64,000 bases of DNA from Azolla caroliniana. Taxonomy: Eukaryota; Plantae; Polypodiophyta. This document shows, piece after piece, positions 34,005 to 45,520 of the stretch. Location of the stretch: positions 4,092,001 through 4,156,000 of the forward strand of contig JBHGNT010000001.1 in assembly GCA_043228905.1 (NCBI GenBank). The letters are read 5' to 3'. Below the pieces are notes generated by a model that searched no databases, was not told where the DNA came from, and saw only the letters and a list, made by a program, of their open reading frames with translations. The position numbers and the translations under genes are program-made. Every line of letters starts with the position of its first letter. The first letter of the stretch is position 1.

Positions 34005-37000
34005 TGTCGAATACATGTGTATAATGGACGTATTCACACTATCCCGTTTTGGCCATTTATGTAATTAGCATAAAGGGTAGTTGCCCTAAGTCGGTCACTA
34101 TATATAGTGACCTTGTAACCTCTTTGTGAGGTTGGTTGTTGTATTATTTGCTTTATGAAATAAAGACTCTTTTGTGTCTCTCTCTCTCTCTCTCTCTGTG
34201 CAACGACCTACAATCTCTCATACGCAGGTATTCAGAAAAGAATCGAATGCTCCTTGATCTTCCGCACAGACGACCCTCCTCGCTTCCAACATCTGGTATC
34301 AGAGCAGAGGTTCGGCCGTCATCACCGCCTGCACAGCATTCGGTTCTTCACTTCATCACGGCCTGCACAGTATTCGCGTCATTCGAAGAAAGAGAGAAGA
34401 AGAACAAAAACGAGGTTTGCACCTCATCGCGTTAGATCCTCTTGCTTGGAGTAAGCCTTCAGGTTGTACTCTGTTCCTTGTGATCGTAACCACTCGAGGT
34501 GAAATCCCCTTGTGCATCATTGACACGATCGTGCTCCATTCGGTTAAACGGCATCCGAAGAGGTCACCAAACGCTGCTCGTTGTAACCACTCGGTGCAGA
34601 TCGGTCTCAAGACAACAACCCAAATTCGTGCTTCATCTGGCTGATCGACATTCGGGAGGATCAGTCGGATCCGTCTCTCTCGTCGCTGCAGTCACCCGAA
34701 GCCGAATCGGTCCAGATAATCGGTTTCAATAATCGGTATTCGGTATATATATCCGAAGCGAACCGGGCTCACTCCGACTCGGCGACATTCGGGAAGAACA
34801 GTCGGTTCTGTCCCTCAAGTTACCGGAGTCAATTCGAGCAAGTTCAACAATACATATATCCGAAGCCGAACCGACTCGGGTTCAAATCCGACAAGAACGA
34901 TATCGGGTGAGCCAACCGGCTGCACTCCAACAAGGTTCGTAGTCAACTCCGAACCGAGCTTCGTCAACCAAAACCGAACTTGATGGCATCAACATCCGGC
35001 TCGTCAGAAATGAGTCTACGAAAGTTCGATGGATCGAACTTTAACTTCTGGAAGGAGCAAATGCAGGACTATCTCATAGTCAAGGGGCAAATCGATCCCA
35101 TCGAAAATGAAGAACCTCCAGAAGGATACAAACCAATTGAGTGGCAAAAGCTGGACAGAATCGTCCGCGCCACGATTCGGATGCACCTATCGGAATCGGT
35201 ATACTTTACGGTGCAATCGTGTACGACAGCATTCGAACTGTGGAAAACACTGTCGGACACTTATGAAAAGAAGGTCGCCGCAACGAAGATGTTTCTGATC
35301 CGGCGCCTCTACAACTTGCGGATGAAAGAATCCGATTCGGTCCAAGCACACCTCAATGAGTACGAAAGCATAAGCTCCCAAATCTCGTCACAGGGGACGG
35401 CAATCGAGGATGAACTCAGAGCAATGATACTCATGAGCAGCCTTCCCTCATCATGGGAAACTTTCGTCACAACCGTGTGCAACGCGTCAACCACGGCTGT
35501 TAAATACTCCGAAGTCACGAGCGCAATCCTGACCGAAGCAGCTCGGAGAAAGTCTTTCGCCAAAGACTCAACAGACGACGCTTACGTAGTACAAGGTTCG
35601 ACAGACCGATCGAACATACGAGGAAGAGATTCCTCACGGCCGCCGAACAATCAGCGAAGACGGAGCCAGTCACGGGATAACCGAATCTGCAACTATTGCA
35701 AGAAACCCGGACACATCAAAGCCGACTGCCGCGCACTCAATAACAAGAACAACAAGAAGAGTGGCCGGCATGAGGAGATCAATTACGTCAGCTTCTCGGC
35801 TGATGTACTACCGGACGACCCGAATATACTATCAATCGAAAATCCAGTCGGATCCGAAGTTCTGCTCACGACTGAAGAATCGAGCACATGGCTCTTGGAT
35901 TCGGGCGCGTCATTTCACGTGACTCCTCATAGATCCCAATTTCGGCAATATACGGTCCGTCACTCCGACTCAGTTCGAGTCGGCAACTCACAACACTGTG
36001 ACATCATCGGAATCGGCACAGTAGAGCTCAACCTTGCAGGTGGCTCTACACTTGTACTCCACAATGTCCGACATGTACCCGAGCTCTCAAGGCCATTGAT
36101 CTCAGTCGGACAACTAGATGAAGACGGCATTCGTGCCGGTTTTTCTACGGGAGGGTGGACACTCCACAGGGGGAACCTCCTGCTTGCTAGAGGACCTAAG
36201 ATACACTCCTTGTATCCGTTACATGTTACGCTCAGAGAGGGTAACCTGTTTTTGGTGGATATTCCTGTGTCATCACTATGGCACCGAAGATTAGGACACC
36301 TCAGCAAGGCCGGCATCACGCACCTATCCAGAGCCGGATACATCCCCAAACTCTCCTTCTCGGACCATCAATTCTGCGAGCATTGCCAGTATGGCAAACA
36401 AGCAGCCGCATCACACCCGACATCCGCACCAAGAGAAACGAGACCTCTCGATTTAGTCCATTCGGACGTCTGTGGCCCAATGCCGCATCAGTCTCTAGGC
36501 GGTGCCTCTTACTTCGTCACTTTTATTGACGACTCGACTCGAAAGGTGTGGGCTTATCCAATTCGCACTAAAGATCGTGTCTTCTCGATCTTCACCGACT
36601 GGCTCGCTATGGTAGAAAATCAAACCGACCGAAAGCTGAAATGCTTTCGGACAGACAATGGGGGAGAGTTTAAATCCGAAGAATTCGTCAAATTCTGCCG
36701 ACAACGCGGCATCCGACGTGAATTTACGGCACCACACAGTCCGGAGCAAAACGGGATCGCCGAACGAATGAATCGGACAATCCAAGAACGGATAGTTTCC
36801 ATGCTCCAACACTCCGGACTGTCGGATGGCTTCTGGGCAGAGGCTCTACTCACGGCAGTACACATAATCAATATGTCGCCAAGTAGACCTCTAGGACTTC
36901 AAATTCCTCAGGAACTATGGATCGGCAGTAAGCCGAATTACGACAAGCTGAGGATCTTCGGATGCGAGGCGTACGCCCTTATTCCGAAAGATGATCGCCG

Positions 37001-39476
37001 AAAACTTGCACCTCGGTCCAGGAAATGCATTCTCCTTGGATATGGATCCGACGGCGAAATGGGATACCGACTCTGGGACCCCGAACGCAGACAAATCGTT
37101 CGAAGTTCGGACGTTGTGTTCAACGAGTCGGCTATGAATCCATCAGTCGAAAAACCGATCGAAGTCCGAAGGGTAACATTCTCCGATGTGCCGACCCTTC
37201 AAGAAGGCCCCGCTCTCAACACACGGTCAGCTTCACGGGTAGCTGAACCTTACACTACCGACTCGGACAACTCCGACTCGGCACAGCCGAATGATTCGCT
37301 TTCGGACCATCCGACCTCGATACCCGATGCGACCAGTCCAATCATGCCTCGACGATCCGAGAGACTGTCGCAACCTCCGGAGAGGTATTCTCCTGGAATT
37401 TTCTTCACCGACGCCGGCGAACCGACGTCTTACGAAGAAGCATCGACATCTGTCGATTCCGCCACCTGGCATCTGGCGATGGAGTCGGAAATGCACTCCA
37501 TTCGGGCAAACAAGACTTGGGATCTGGTCGAATTACCTAGGAACCGACGTGCTCTTCCTTGCAAGTGGGTCTATCGACTAAAAGAGACGTCTGATTCGAC
37601 CACCCCAAAGTACAAGGCCAGATTAGTTGCGAAGGGCTTCCGACAAGAATATGGCGTCGACTTCGACGAGATTTTTTCACCAGTGGTGAAAATGACAACC
37701 CTTCGTTTCCTACTCGGCGTAGTGGCAGCCGACAACTTGGAGCTGATTCAGCTAGATGTCAAAACAGCCTTCCTCCATGGTGATCTCAAGGAGGAAATTT
37801 ATATGGAGCAGCCAAAAGGCTTCGTGGCAACCGGCCAAGAACATCTAGTCTGCCGACTCAGGAAGAGTCTATACGGCCTCAAACAGGCACCGCGACAATG
37901 GTACAAGAAGTTCGACGACTTCATCCAATCGATCGGCTTCTCAAAAAGCGATGAGGACCATTGTCTCTTCACCAACACAGCTCAAGATGGATCACCCATC
38001 TTCCTCATCATTTACGTGGACGACATGCTAATTTCTGGACGCCACGCGGGCGAACTTGCCGATCTCATTCGGCAACTGCGGTTGAAGTTTGCCATGAAGG
38101 ACCTTGGTCCGGCACGACACATACTCGGCATGAAGATTAGTCGGCATCGCGATAAACGACATCTTTTTTTGTCTCAGACCGACTATATCGGACGTGTCTT
38201 GGAACGCTTCAACATGCAATCAGCCAAATCTGCTTCAACCCCGCTCCCCATGAATCTTCGGCTCTCTCAGCGAGACTGCCCAACATCCGGTCCGGAGGGG
38301 GAAGATATGAAGTCGGTACCGTATGCACCGGCAGTCGGCTCCCTTATGTACCTGATGGTCGCGACACGGCCTGATATCTCTCATGCCGTAGGAGTCGTTA
38401 GCAGATTTATGCACAATCCTGGCCGATCGCATTGGAACGCAGTCAAGCATGTGTTCAGATATCTGGCTGGCACAAAAGACCATGGCATTCTTTTCGGTCC
38501 GAACCGAACCTCAGGCGTAGTCGGTTACACCGACTCGGACTTCGCCGGCTGTATAGACAGTCGGAAATCAACAACCGGATACTGCTTCAAATTCGGCAAT
38601 GGAGCAATCTCGTGGAAGTCGAAACTTCAGGAGTGCACAGCGACCTCAACGACCGAAGCAGAATATGTAGCTGCGTCCGACGCAGCAAAAGAAGCCTTGT
38701 GGCTCGGTCGGCTGGCGCACACGTTTCGACAAGTCGACCATGACTCGGCTCCAGTTGTCTACAGCGACAGTCAAGGTGCTGTTGCCTTGTCGAAAAATCC
38801 GGTTCACCACAACGCCTCCAAACATATCGACGTTCGATATCACTTCGTTCGGGACTGCGTCATTTCAGGGAAAATCGGTCTAGAAAAAATATCCACAACC
38901 GACAATGTCGCAGATGGAATGACCAAATGTCTTTCGGCAGACCGCTTTCGGTCTCTTCGGCATCAGATGGGCGTAACGACAAACCAGTCCGGTTAGAGCC
39001 GGACACAGAGCAGGATGGTTCCCGACAACCGACATCAGTTCCCTAATGATCGGCTTCAACTGTTCCGACCCGACCAGTTCGGTCTTCTGCCTTCGGACCC
39101 TGCCGACTCGAACAAAGCTGATATGTCCGAGAACCTAAGTCTATACCTGTAATCTTAGATAACCCATGTATACGCCCATTACGGGGGAGTGTCGAATACA
39201 TGTGTATAATGGACGTATTCACACTATCCCGTTTTGGCCATTTATGTAATTAGCATAAAGGGTAGTTGCCCTAAGTCGGTCACTATATATAGTGACCTTG
39301 TAACCTCTTTGTGAGGTTGGTTGTTGTATTATTTGCTTTATGAAATAAAGACTCTTTTGTGTGTGTCTCTCTCTCTCTCTCTGTGCAACGACCTACAATC
39401 TCTCATACGCAGGTATTCAGAAAAGAATCGAATGCTCCTTGATCTTCCGCACAGACGACCCTCCTCGCTTCCAACA
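34005..39476 (+). mobile_element. Ty1/Copia element, family A copy 2, structurally intact
   Basis: 287-bp LTRs at 34005-34291 and 39190-39476. TSD GTATG (34000-34004 / 39477-39481); PBS tggtatcagagc 34294-34305; PPT gggggag before 39190. Confidence 0.97.
34983..38996 (+). CDS. Intact Copia gag-PR-INT-RT-RH polyprotein, 1337 aa
   Basis: Uninterrupted ORF with CNYCKKPGHIKADC, WLLDSGAS, WHRRLGH..CEHC, HSDVCGP/TDNGGE/AERMNR, YVDD and KHIDVRYHF. Confidence 0.96.
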   Translation: MASTSGSSEMSLRKFDGSNFNFWKEQMQDYLIVKGQIDPIENEEPPEGYKPIEWQKLDRIVRATIRMHLSESVYFTVQSCTTAFELWKTLSDTYEKKVAATKMFLIRRLYNLRMKESDSVQAHLNEYESISSQISSQGTAIEDELRAMILMSSLPSSWETFVTTVCNASTTAVKYSEVTSAILTEAARRKSFAKDSTDDAYVVQGSTDRSNIRGRDSSRPPNNQRRRSQSRDNRICNYCKKPGHIKADCRALNNKNNKKSGRHEEINYVSFSADVLPDDPNILSIENPVGSEVLLTTEESSTWLLDSGASFHVTPHRSQFRQYTVRHSDSVRVGNSQHCDIIGIGTVELNLAGGSTLVLHNVRHVPELSRPLISVGQLDEDGIRAGFSTGGWTLHRGNLLLARGPKIHSLYPLHVTLREGNLFLVDIPVSSLWHRRLGHLSKAGITHLSRAGYIPKLSFSDHQFCEHCQYGKQAAASHPTSAPRETRPLDLVHSDVCGPMPHQSLGGASYFVTFIDDSTRKVWAYPIRTKDRVFSIFTDWLAMVENQTDRKLKCFRTDNGGEFKSEEFVKFCRQRGIRREFTAPHSPEQNGIAERMNRTIQERIVSMLQHSGLSDGFWAEALLTAVHIINMSPSRPLGLQIPQELWIGSKPNYDKLRIFGCEAYALIPKDDRRKLAPRSRKCILLGYGSDGEMGYRLWDPERRQIVRSSDVVFNESAMNPSVEKPIEVRRVTFSDVPTLQEGPALNTRSASRVAEPYTTDSDNSDSAQPNDSLSDHPTSIPDATSPIMPRRSERLSQPPERYSPGIFFTDAGEPTSYEEASTSVDSATWHLAMESEMHSIRANKTWDLVELPRNRRALPCKWVYRLKETSDSTTPKYKARLVAKGFRQEYGVDFDEIFSPVVKMTTLRFLLGVVAADNLELIQLDVKTAFLHGDLKEEIYMEQPKGFVATGQEHLVCRLRKSLYGLKQAPRQWYKKFDDFIQSIGFSKSDEDHCLFTNTAQDGSPIFLIIYVDDMLISGRHAGELADLIRQLRLKFAMKDLGPARHILGMKISRHRDKRHLFLSQTDYIGRVLERFNMQSAKSASTPLPMNLRLSQRDCPTSGPEGEDMKSVPYAPAVGSLMYLMVATRPDISHAVGVVSRFMHNPGRSHWNAVKHVFRYLAGTKDHGILFGPNRTSGVVGYTDSDFAGCIDSRKSTTGYCFKFGNGAISWKSKLQECTATSTTEAEYVAASDAAKEALWLGRLAHTFRQVDHDSAPVVYSDSQGAVALSKNPVHHNASKHIDVRYHFVRDCVISGKIGLEKISTTDNVADGMTKCLSADRFRSLRHQMGVTTNQSG

Positions 39477-42400
39477 GTATGAACATACCGTAGGTCAATT
39501 TCACCGCTCAAGACCCGCTCACGCACGAAGTGGTAGTGCACCTCGATGTGCTTTGTGCGAGCATGGAACACAGGGTTCCTAGCGAGCTGCAGGCTGCTCA
39601 TGTTATCGTAGTAAATCGGGATCGGGGTCAGTACCTCGATCCGCAAGTCTCGCAGCAGTCGCCGAAGCTAGATGGCTTCACAAGTGGCAACGGTAGCGGC
39701 CCGGTACTCAGCCTCAGTGCTTGACAAAGCCACTGTGGGCTGCTTCTTGCTGCTCCACGCAACGGCCGCGCTACCTATGGAGAACATGTATCCGGAAGTG
39801 GAGCAGCGATCAGACGCATCACCGGTCCAGTCAGCATCTGTGTAACCGACAAGCTCTTCGGGTATACCTCGCCGGTATAACAGTCCCCGGTCCTTAGTGC
39901 CGCTGACATACCGTAATATTCTTTGCGCGCATTGAGGGTGCTCCACGGTCGGCTTCTGCATGAACTGACTTACCATGCCGACCGGATAGCTGATGTCGGG
40001 TCGGGTGATGGTTAAGTAGATCAGGCTTCCGACAACCTGTCGGAACCGTTTCTCATTGCAGGCTGGTCCGGAGTTGGGACGGAGCTTCTGGTTCTGGTCC
40101 AGGGGTGTGGAGACAGGTCGGCAATCCGTCATGCCGAACTTATACAACATATTCAACACATAATGTTGTTGTGAGAGCAATATGCCGTCGGGGGTCCGGA
40201 TCACTTCGATCCCAAGAAAATAATGAAGGTCCCCCAGGTCCTTCATTTCGAATGCGTCCGACAACTGGGACTTGACGCGGTTGATTTCGGGAAGACCCGG
40301 TCCGGTGATGACTAAATCATCCACATACAAGAGTATACATACCGGACCGTCAGAGCCTTACCGGATGAACAACGAAGAGTTCGACTTAGAGACAACAAAC
40401 CCCAGCTTACGCAACCGGTGCGTGATCTTCGCGTTCCTGGCTCGGGGGGCTTGCTTCAAGCCGTAAAGCGACTTCTTAAGTCGGCATACCGCCGACTTGT
40501 TCATCTCCGATTGAAATCCGGGGGGCTGAGTCATAAAGACTTCTTCTTCAAGCTCTCCTTGAAGGAAGGCGTTCTTCACATCCATCTGGTGAAGATGCCA
40601 CCCCCTTGCCGCAGCAACCTTTAGTACCACACGAACCGTCGTCATCTTCGCCACATGAGCGAAGGTCTCGTCGTAGTCGATTCCGTGGGTCTGCGCGTAT
40701 CCCTTCGCCACTAACCGGGCTTTGTACCGGTTAACAGAACCGTCGGCGTTGTACTTGACCTTGTACACCCACTTGCATCCGATCGGTTTACAGTGACGGG
40801 GAGGATCAACTAGGTCCCAAGTTTCGTTGGCATCGAGTGCCCGCATTTCTTCGTCCATGGCGGCACGCCAATTTGCGTCCTTTGCCGCTTCTGCGTAGCT
40901 CTCTGGCTCACGCACTTCTGTCACCTTAGTCATGTACGCATAATGATGCGCCATGTATTCATTGTACCCATACCGCATGACGGGATCCTTCTGGCGGGTT
41001 GATCGGCGCAACGCACCGTCACCTAATTTGAGGCCCTTCTTGGCCAGTTCGGTCTTCGTTGCCGAAGATCCGCCGTTCTCCTTTCCGGAGTCGGATACGC
41101 ACCGATCCGACTCATCGTTGCCGGTTTCGAATTCCGGCATCTTCCTCTTCCCCTTCTCTTTGCGCGTGAACCGTTTCCTCGGTTCCTTGCGAGGGGAGAG
41201 CACGACAAAGTCTCCACCACTTGCCGTCTCTTCATCCGACTGGTCCAACCGACTCAATCGCTCGTTCGGTCCACTCAATCGTAACGATTCCGGACTCTCA
41301 TCTTGAGTCCCGGCTTCATCATCCTCTGCCAGGGTTGATTCAGGCTCACTGGCCTGATCTTCCGGCATTGGGTCGGGATCGGAAGTCGGAGTCGGTACGG
41401 AGTACCAGGATGCCGATTCATCGAACTCGACATCCCGGCTAACTCGGACTTCCTTTGTCCGGGGGTTATAGCACTTATACCCCTTTTGCTCTTGAGCATA
41501 GCCGACTAGGATGCATTTTTCCGATTTTGCATCCAGCTTTCTCCGCTTCTGATCCGGCACATGCACATACGCTATGCTGCCGAATATCCGAAGGTGTCTT
41601 AAGTTCGGCTTGCGCCCGAAATACAGCTCATGAGCTGACACCTTGTCACCAATTCGGTTTTGTATGTAGACGGCCGTCCGGACCGCCTCTGCCCAGTAGA
41701 ACCGGGGCATGCTCTTCTCCTCCAGCATTGCCCTTGCCACTTCGATGAGTGTCCGATTCTTCCTTTCGGCCACACCGTTTTGCTCCGGTGTGTATCTGCA
41801 GCTGAACTCTCGTCGAATTCCCTTCTGCTGCAGATAACTAGTGAATTGGCTGGAAAAATATTCCTTTCCGCCATCCGACCGAAGGCATTTGATCTTCCTC
41901 TCCGATTCCCGTTCCACCATCTTCTGGAGGCTCCGGAAACAGTCGAAGACTTCGCTCTTCCGCTCAATGAGGTAGATCCAAGTATGTCGAGTATAGTCGT
42001 CGATGAAGGAGACGAAGTACCGGCTCCCGCCAAGGCTTACACTTTGTGCCGGTCCCCACACATCCGAATGGATGAGATCGAGCTTGTTACGGCTCCGGTT
42101 CCGTTCGGTGGGGAATGGAAGCCGGTGTTGCTTCCCAAGTTGGCAAGCTTCACAAATTTCGTCTCTCCGGCCGCTGAACTTCGGCAAACCGACAACGACT
42201 TGTTTCGTTTGCAGGTCTTGAAGCCTCCGGTAGTTGACGTGGCCTATCCGCTTGTGCCACAGGTCGATGTCCGACTCGACCTTCTGTCGATTCGTGAACA
42301 GACCGGTGCCAAAGTCATTGGTGTTGAGGATAAACATCCTCCCGTCTCTACGCCCTTGTGCAATGACTTCGCCCTCATCCTCAATGAAGCACCCGAGGTG

Positions 42401-43808
42401 CGTAAACCGCACCTGCATCCCCTGGTCGACAATCTGACCGACGGACACCAGGTTCTTCGTGATTGTCGGAACGTGTAATATGTTCATTAGCTTCCCTTTC
42501 TGTCCGACGTGGCTTAGAGGGACTTCTCCGACGTGCACGATTGGGTGAGGAGTGTCGTCTCCGGTTTCGACTACTCCTGGTTGATCCGGTTTCTCCAGAA
42601 AGGAGAACCACTCTTTGTGGCTCGTCATGTGGTTCGACGCGCCGGAATCAACGTACCACACTTCCTCCGTTTTGGAAGTGGTCTTCTTCATTGAGTTTGC
42701 CTTGTGATTCATCACCAAGGCTGGCCCCTTACTGGCCTTTTCGGTTCCGGATCCTCCTGATCCGTTTGCGTAGTGCGAGTTTTGCCGGCCATCCTTACCG
42801 GTCTTGCCGGATCCGGATTTTTCCGAATCGGCACGCTTTCTCCAGCACTCGCTTTCCCTGTGACCTTTTTTGCCACAGTACCAGCATTCCGTAGCGGATT
42901 TGTCTTGCCGGCCTCCGGCATCGCCTTGACTCCCCCTGCTTGTGGAAGTCCCGGAACTGCTGTCGGCACGCTCATAGTGCCTCTGTTCCTGCTCTTGCCG
43001 GCCGCCTCGATTGCGTGCCGACCCACCTCTTCCACCACGCCCACGAAGCCGATCCGTTCCTGTGTACAACATTCGGCTGTCCGGGGAAGCACTGGTAGAT
43101 GCACCGGCGTGGTTCTCCTCTACAAGGAGCATCGACTGTAAGTCGAAGAATGAGGGGGTATTCTCCCTTGTACACACCGCAGTCCGGAACGCTCCAAACT
43201 TGGACGCCAGGCCTCCGAGACATACCTGCACCATCTCGTCTTCCTCTACAGTAACATTGATAGAGGCGAGCGAGTCGCAGATTTCCTTTATCCGGCCCGT
43301 GTAGTCTGCCACGGTCATGTTCTTCTGTCGAACATTGCTCAACTCCTGTCTGAGTTGCAGCTTCCGGGCAGTGGTGCTTGTGGCGAAAACCTTTTTCAGG
43401 TTCCCCCAAGCATCCTTCAGTGTCTTGGCGTCACGGATGTGGCTGAGCAGCTGATCGCCGACACTGGACGCGAAGCAGTACATCACCCTGCTTGCCGCCT
43501 GTTCCCATATCGGGAAGTCCTTGTGTGCCGAGTTGGGCGCCATATCATTCGCTCCTTCGACATAACTCCAGTACCCGTGTCCAAGCAGGTACTGGTGCAT
43601 CTTGTAAGACCAGGATGCGTAGTTGCTCCTATCGAGCTTCTCCACCGGGAGCGACGTAGCCATGCCTCTATCCATGTCTTCTACTGTGTCTGTTTTCGAC
43701 CTGTTAGGGTTTTCTTCTCAAGAGTAAATGTCTGCAGCAGAGGTTCTCAACCCTCGCTCTCTGATACCATGTGAACGTAAGTGTTTGCGGAAGCGTAAAA
43801 CAGAGAAC

Positions 43809-43842
<34 letters not shown>

Positions 43843-44548
43843 AGAACACAATTTCAAAATTATATCAAACCTCTGTATGCACTCTGTGCTAAGTAGCACT
43901 ATTTATACAAGTCCTCTTGGGACTGACAGAAGTACCATGTACTTCAATGCTCACACGAGCATCTGACACTTACTACGAGACTATAGCTACCTAGTAGTCT
44001 ATCCTATACTAGGCTTCCGATTGGACTTCCGGTTACGGATTGCACCCGGCCTCCACTGCTTGCTGGTTCGGTTGCTCACCGTCATACCGATCCGTTTCGC
44101 CCGATCCGTCTCGCTTACCGGCTCCGGCTTATTCAGCCGATCCGACTCCGGTTGAGCTTGCCGCTCAACAATCCCGAATCCGGCCCCGATCGAACGATCC
44201 ACGACCGGATTCCGCTCCATACGAATCGGAATGCCAATCTTCTCGTGCCGCTTCCGTCCTCGGCCTCCTCGCAGGCCGTTTCCCATCCTTCTTCGCTGGC
44301 ATCGTGCCAGGACTCCTCGGTACCGCCATCCATCTCCTCGGTCTTACATGGGCATACGGGCCCGAATGCCGAGTTCTCCAGAATTGGGTCCGTGGGCTTT
44401 CGTCCGCTCCTTTCCCGTATCGTCTCGCCGGTAATTCTTGGCCTTTCTCCGCAGCCTTCCTCCGCTTGGGACTCACGTGGGCACTCGGGCCCGACTGCCA
44501 TCGTCTCGGGAGTAAGTGTGGGAAGACATAAAGAATCGCCCGTCCGTT

Positions 44549-45487
44549 TTACGCCCTTGTCCGTAGCCTCGACTCTTCGTGGTCGGCGGTCGTCTTCTTA
44601 CCGATCGCGCAAGCCCCGTCTGGGCTTGCTTCTCCAATGACCTGGATCTCGGGCTGACACGCCCGAAACCGCTGGTCCCAACGTTTCGGTTCCGCGATCT
44701 GTATCTCGGCCTCGTCCTTGGCCGTTCTATCTCCGCAAGTCGAGAGGGCGTTTCGTTCTGCACCCTCTCCCGTGGTACCGTGGTACCGATCTTCCGCCGT
44801 CGCGTGGGGCAAGTCTGTCTTCTCAGTCTCGGCTTGCGGCCTCTGTCTTTCCTCTTCCTCGAGCATCGCCTCGAGAGCTGCGTACGCCTCCGCAATCCTA
44901 GCCCCTACGCCGACCCTTGCTGACTCTCTCTGCCGTTCGGCCTCTTCCCGCTGTGATGGCACGCCGTCGCGTCCCTTCCTCTTAGCCTTCTCGGCTCGCT
45001 CTTTGAACAATAGGACCTTGTCCACCCTCACCAAACCTTGTTCCCGCTCTGGGAGCCGAGCAAGCCGTCGCTCGAACTCTCGGAACGCCTTCGTCGCGCC
45101 CTGATGGGTCTTTGCCGATGCTACCCACTGGTCGAAGTCGTGCCGTCCCTGGCTCTTCCGCCGTCCTCCGTATGCCTTCAGGAGCGCCTCTTCGAAGGCC
45201 CCCCACGAATTATGAGCCTCACGGAGCTCCTTTACTTCCGCATGCATCCGGATAGCCACGACCCGACAGAAGAACTCCAGCCTCAACGCCTCGTCTACGC
45301 CACGCTCCTCCATCTCCGCGTTGTGGGCTTCCATGTAAGATGGGACTTTGTCCCCGTTGAAACGATCGACTCTTTCGACCACTCGCTCAACCGCTTGTTG
45401 CGCTGTTTCTCGCCTCATCACCACTCGTGCTGACTCCAACACCACTTCGGCCACCATCTCCGCAAGGTCATCGTCTTCCGACTCCAT
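44549..45487 (-). CDS. gag: Gag-like ORF of the family-W non-autonomous element (internally deleted relative to the copy at 56814)
   Basis: Starts ~15 nt after the PBS; contains RFNGDKVPSY..LEFFCRV..SWGAFEEALLKAY. Homologous ORF at 56814-55674. Confidence 0.7.
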   Translation of the reverse strand: MESEDDDLAEMVAEVVLESARVVMRRETAQQAVERVVERVDRFNGDKVPSYMEAHNAEMEERGVDEALRLEFFCRVVAIRMHAEVKELREAHNSWGAFEEALLKAYGGRRKSQGRHDFDQWVASAKTHQGATKAFREFERRLARLPEREQGLVRVDKVLLFKERAEKAKRKGRDGVPSQREEAERQRESARVGVGARIAEAYAALEAMLEEEERQRPQAETEKTDLPHATAEDRYHGTTGEGAERNALSTCGDRTAKDEAEIQIAEPKRWDQRFRACQPEIQVIGEASPDGACAIGKKTTADHEESRLRTRA

Positions 45488-45502
45488 CCTCCCTTGCGGC
45501 CT

Positions 45503-45520
45503 TTCACGTCGGGTTCACCA
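45503..45520 (-). other. Primer-binding site complementary to tRNA-Trp
   Basis: Plus strand reads TTCACGTCGGGTTCACCA, matching the 3' end of plant cytosolic tRNA-Trp(CCA) as recalled. 4-nt spacer to the LTR. Second copy with one mismatch at 56830-56847. Confidence 0.8.

Larger units (their letters stand above)
33306..43675 (-). pseudogene. Copia-B1 gag-pol (43675-39482, resuming 34004-33306) with nonsense codons and a ~200-aa C-terminal extension after RNase H
   Basis: CWYCGKKGHRESEC knuckle, WYVDSGAS protease, DDE integrase, YVDD RT and ADIFTK RH end. Stops at 40358 and 39668. Confidence 0.9.
32749..44170 (-). mobile_element. Ty1/Copia element, family B copy 1, interrupted by Copia-A2
   Basis: LTRs 43770-44170 (5') and 32749-33161 (3') with a few mismatches. 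TSD ATCCC (32744-32748 / 44171-44175); tRNA-iMet PBS directly abutting the 5' LTR (43759-43769); PPT at 33162. Confidence 0.94.

Noticed and set aside
41660-42478. 272-aa and other antisense ORFs over Copia/Gypsy pol regions
   Set aside because: Antisense shadows of codon-biased integrase sequence; not conserved as open frames between copies B1 and B2.
45503-45520. tRNA-Trp gene
   Set aside because: Only the 3' 18 nt including CCA are present and there is no cloverleaf; it is a PBS.
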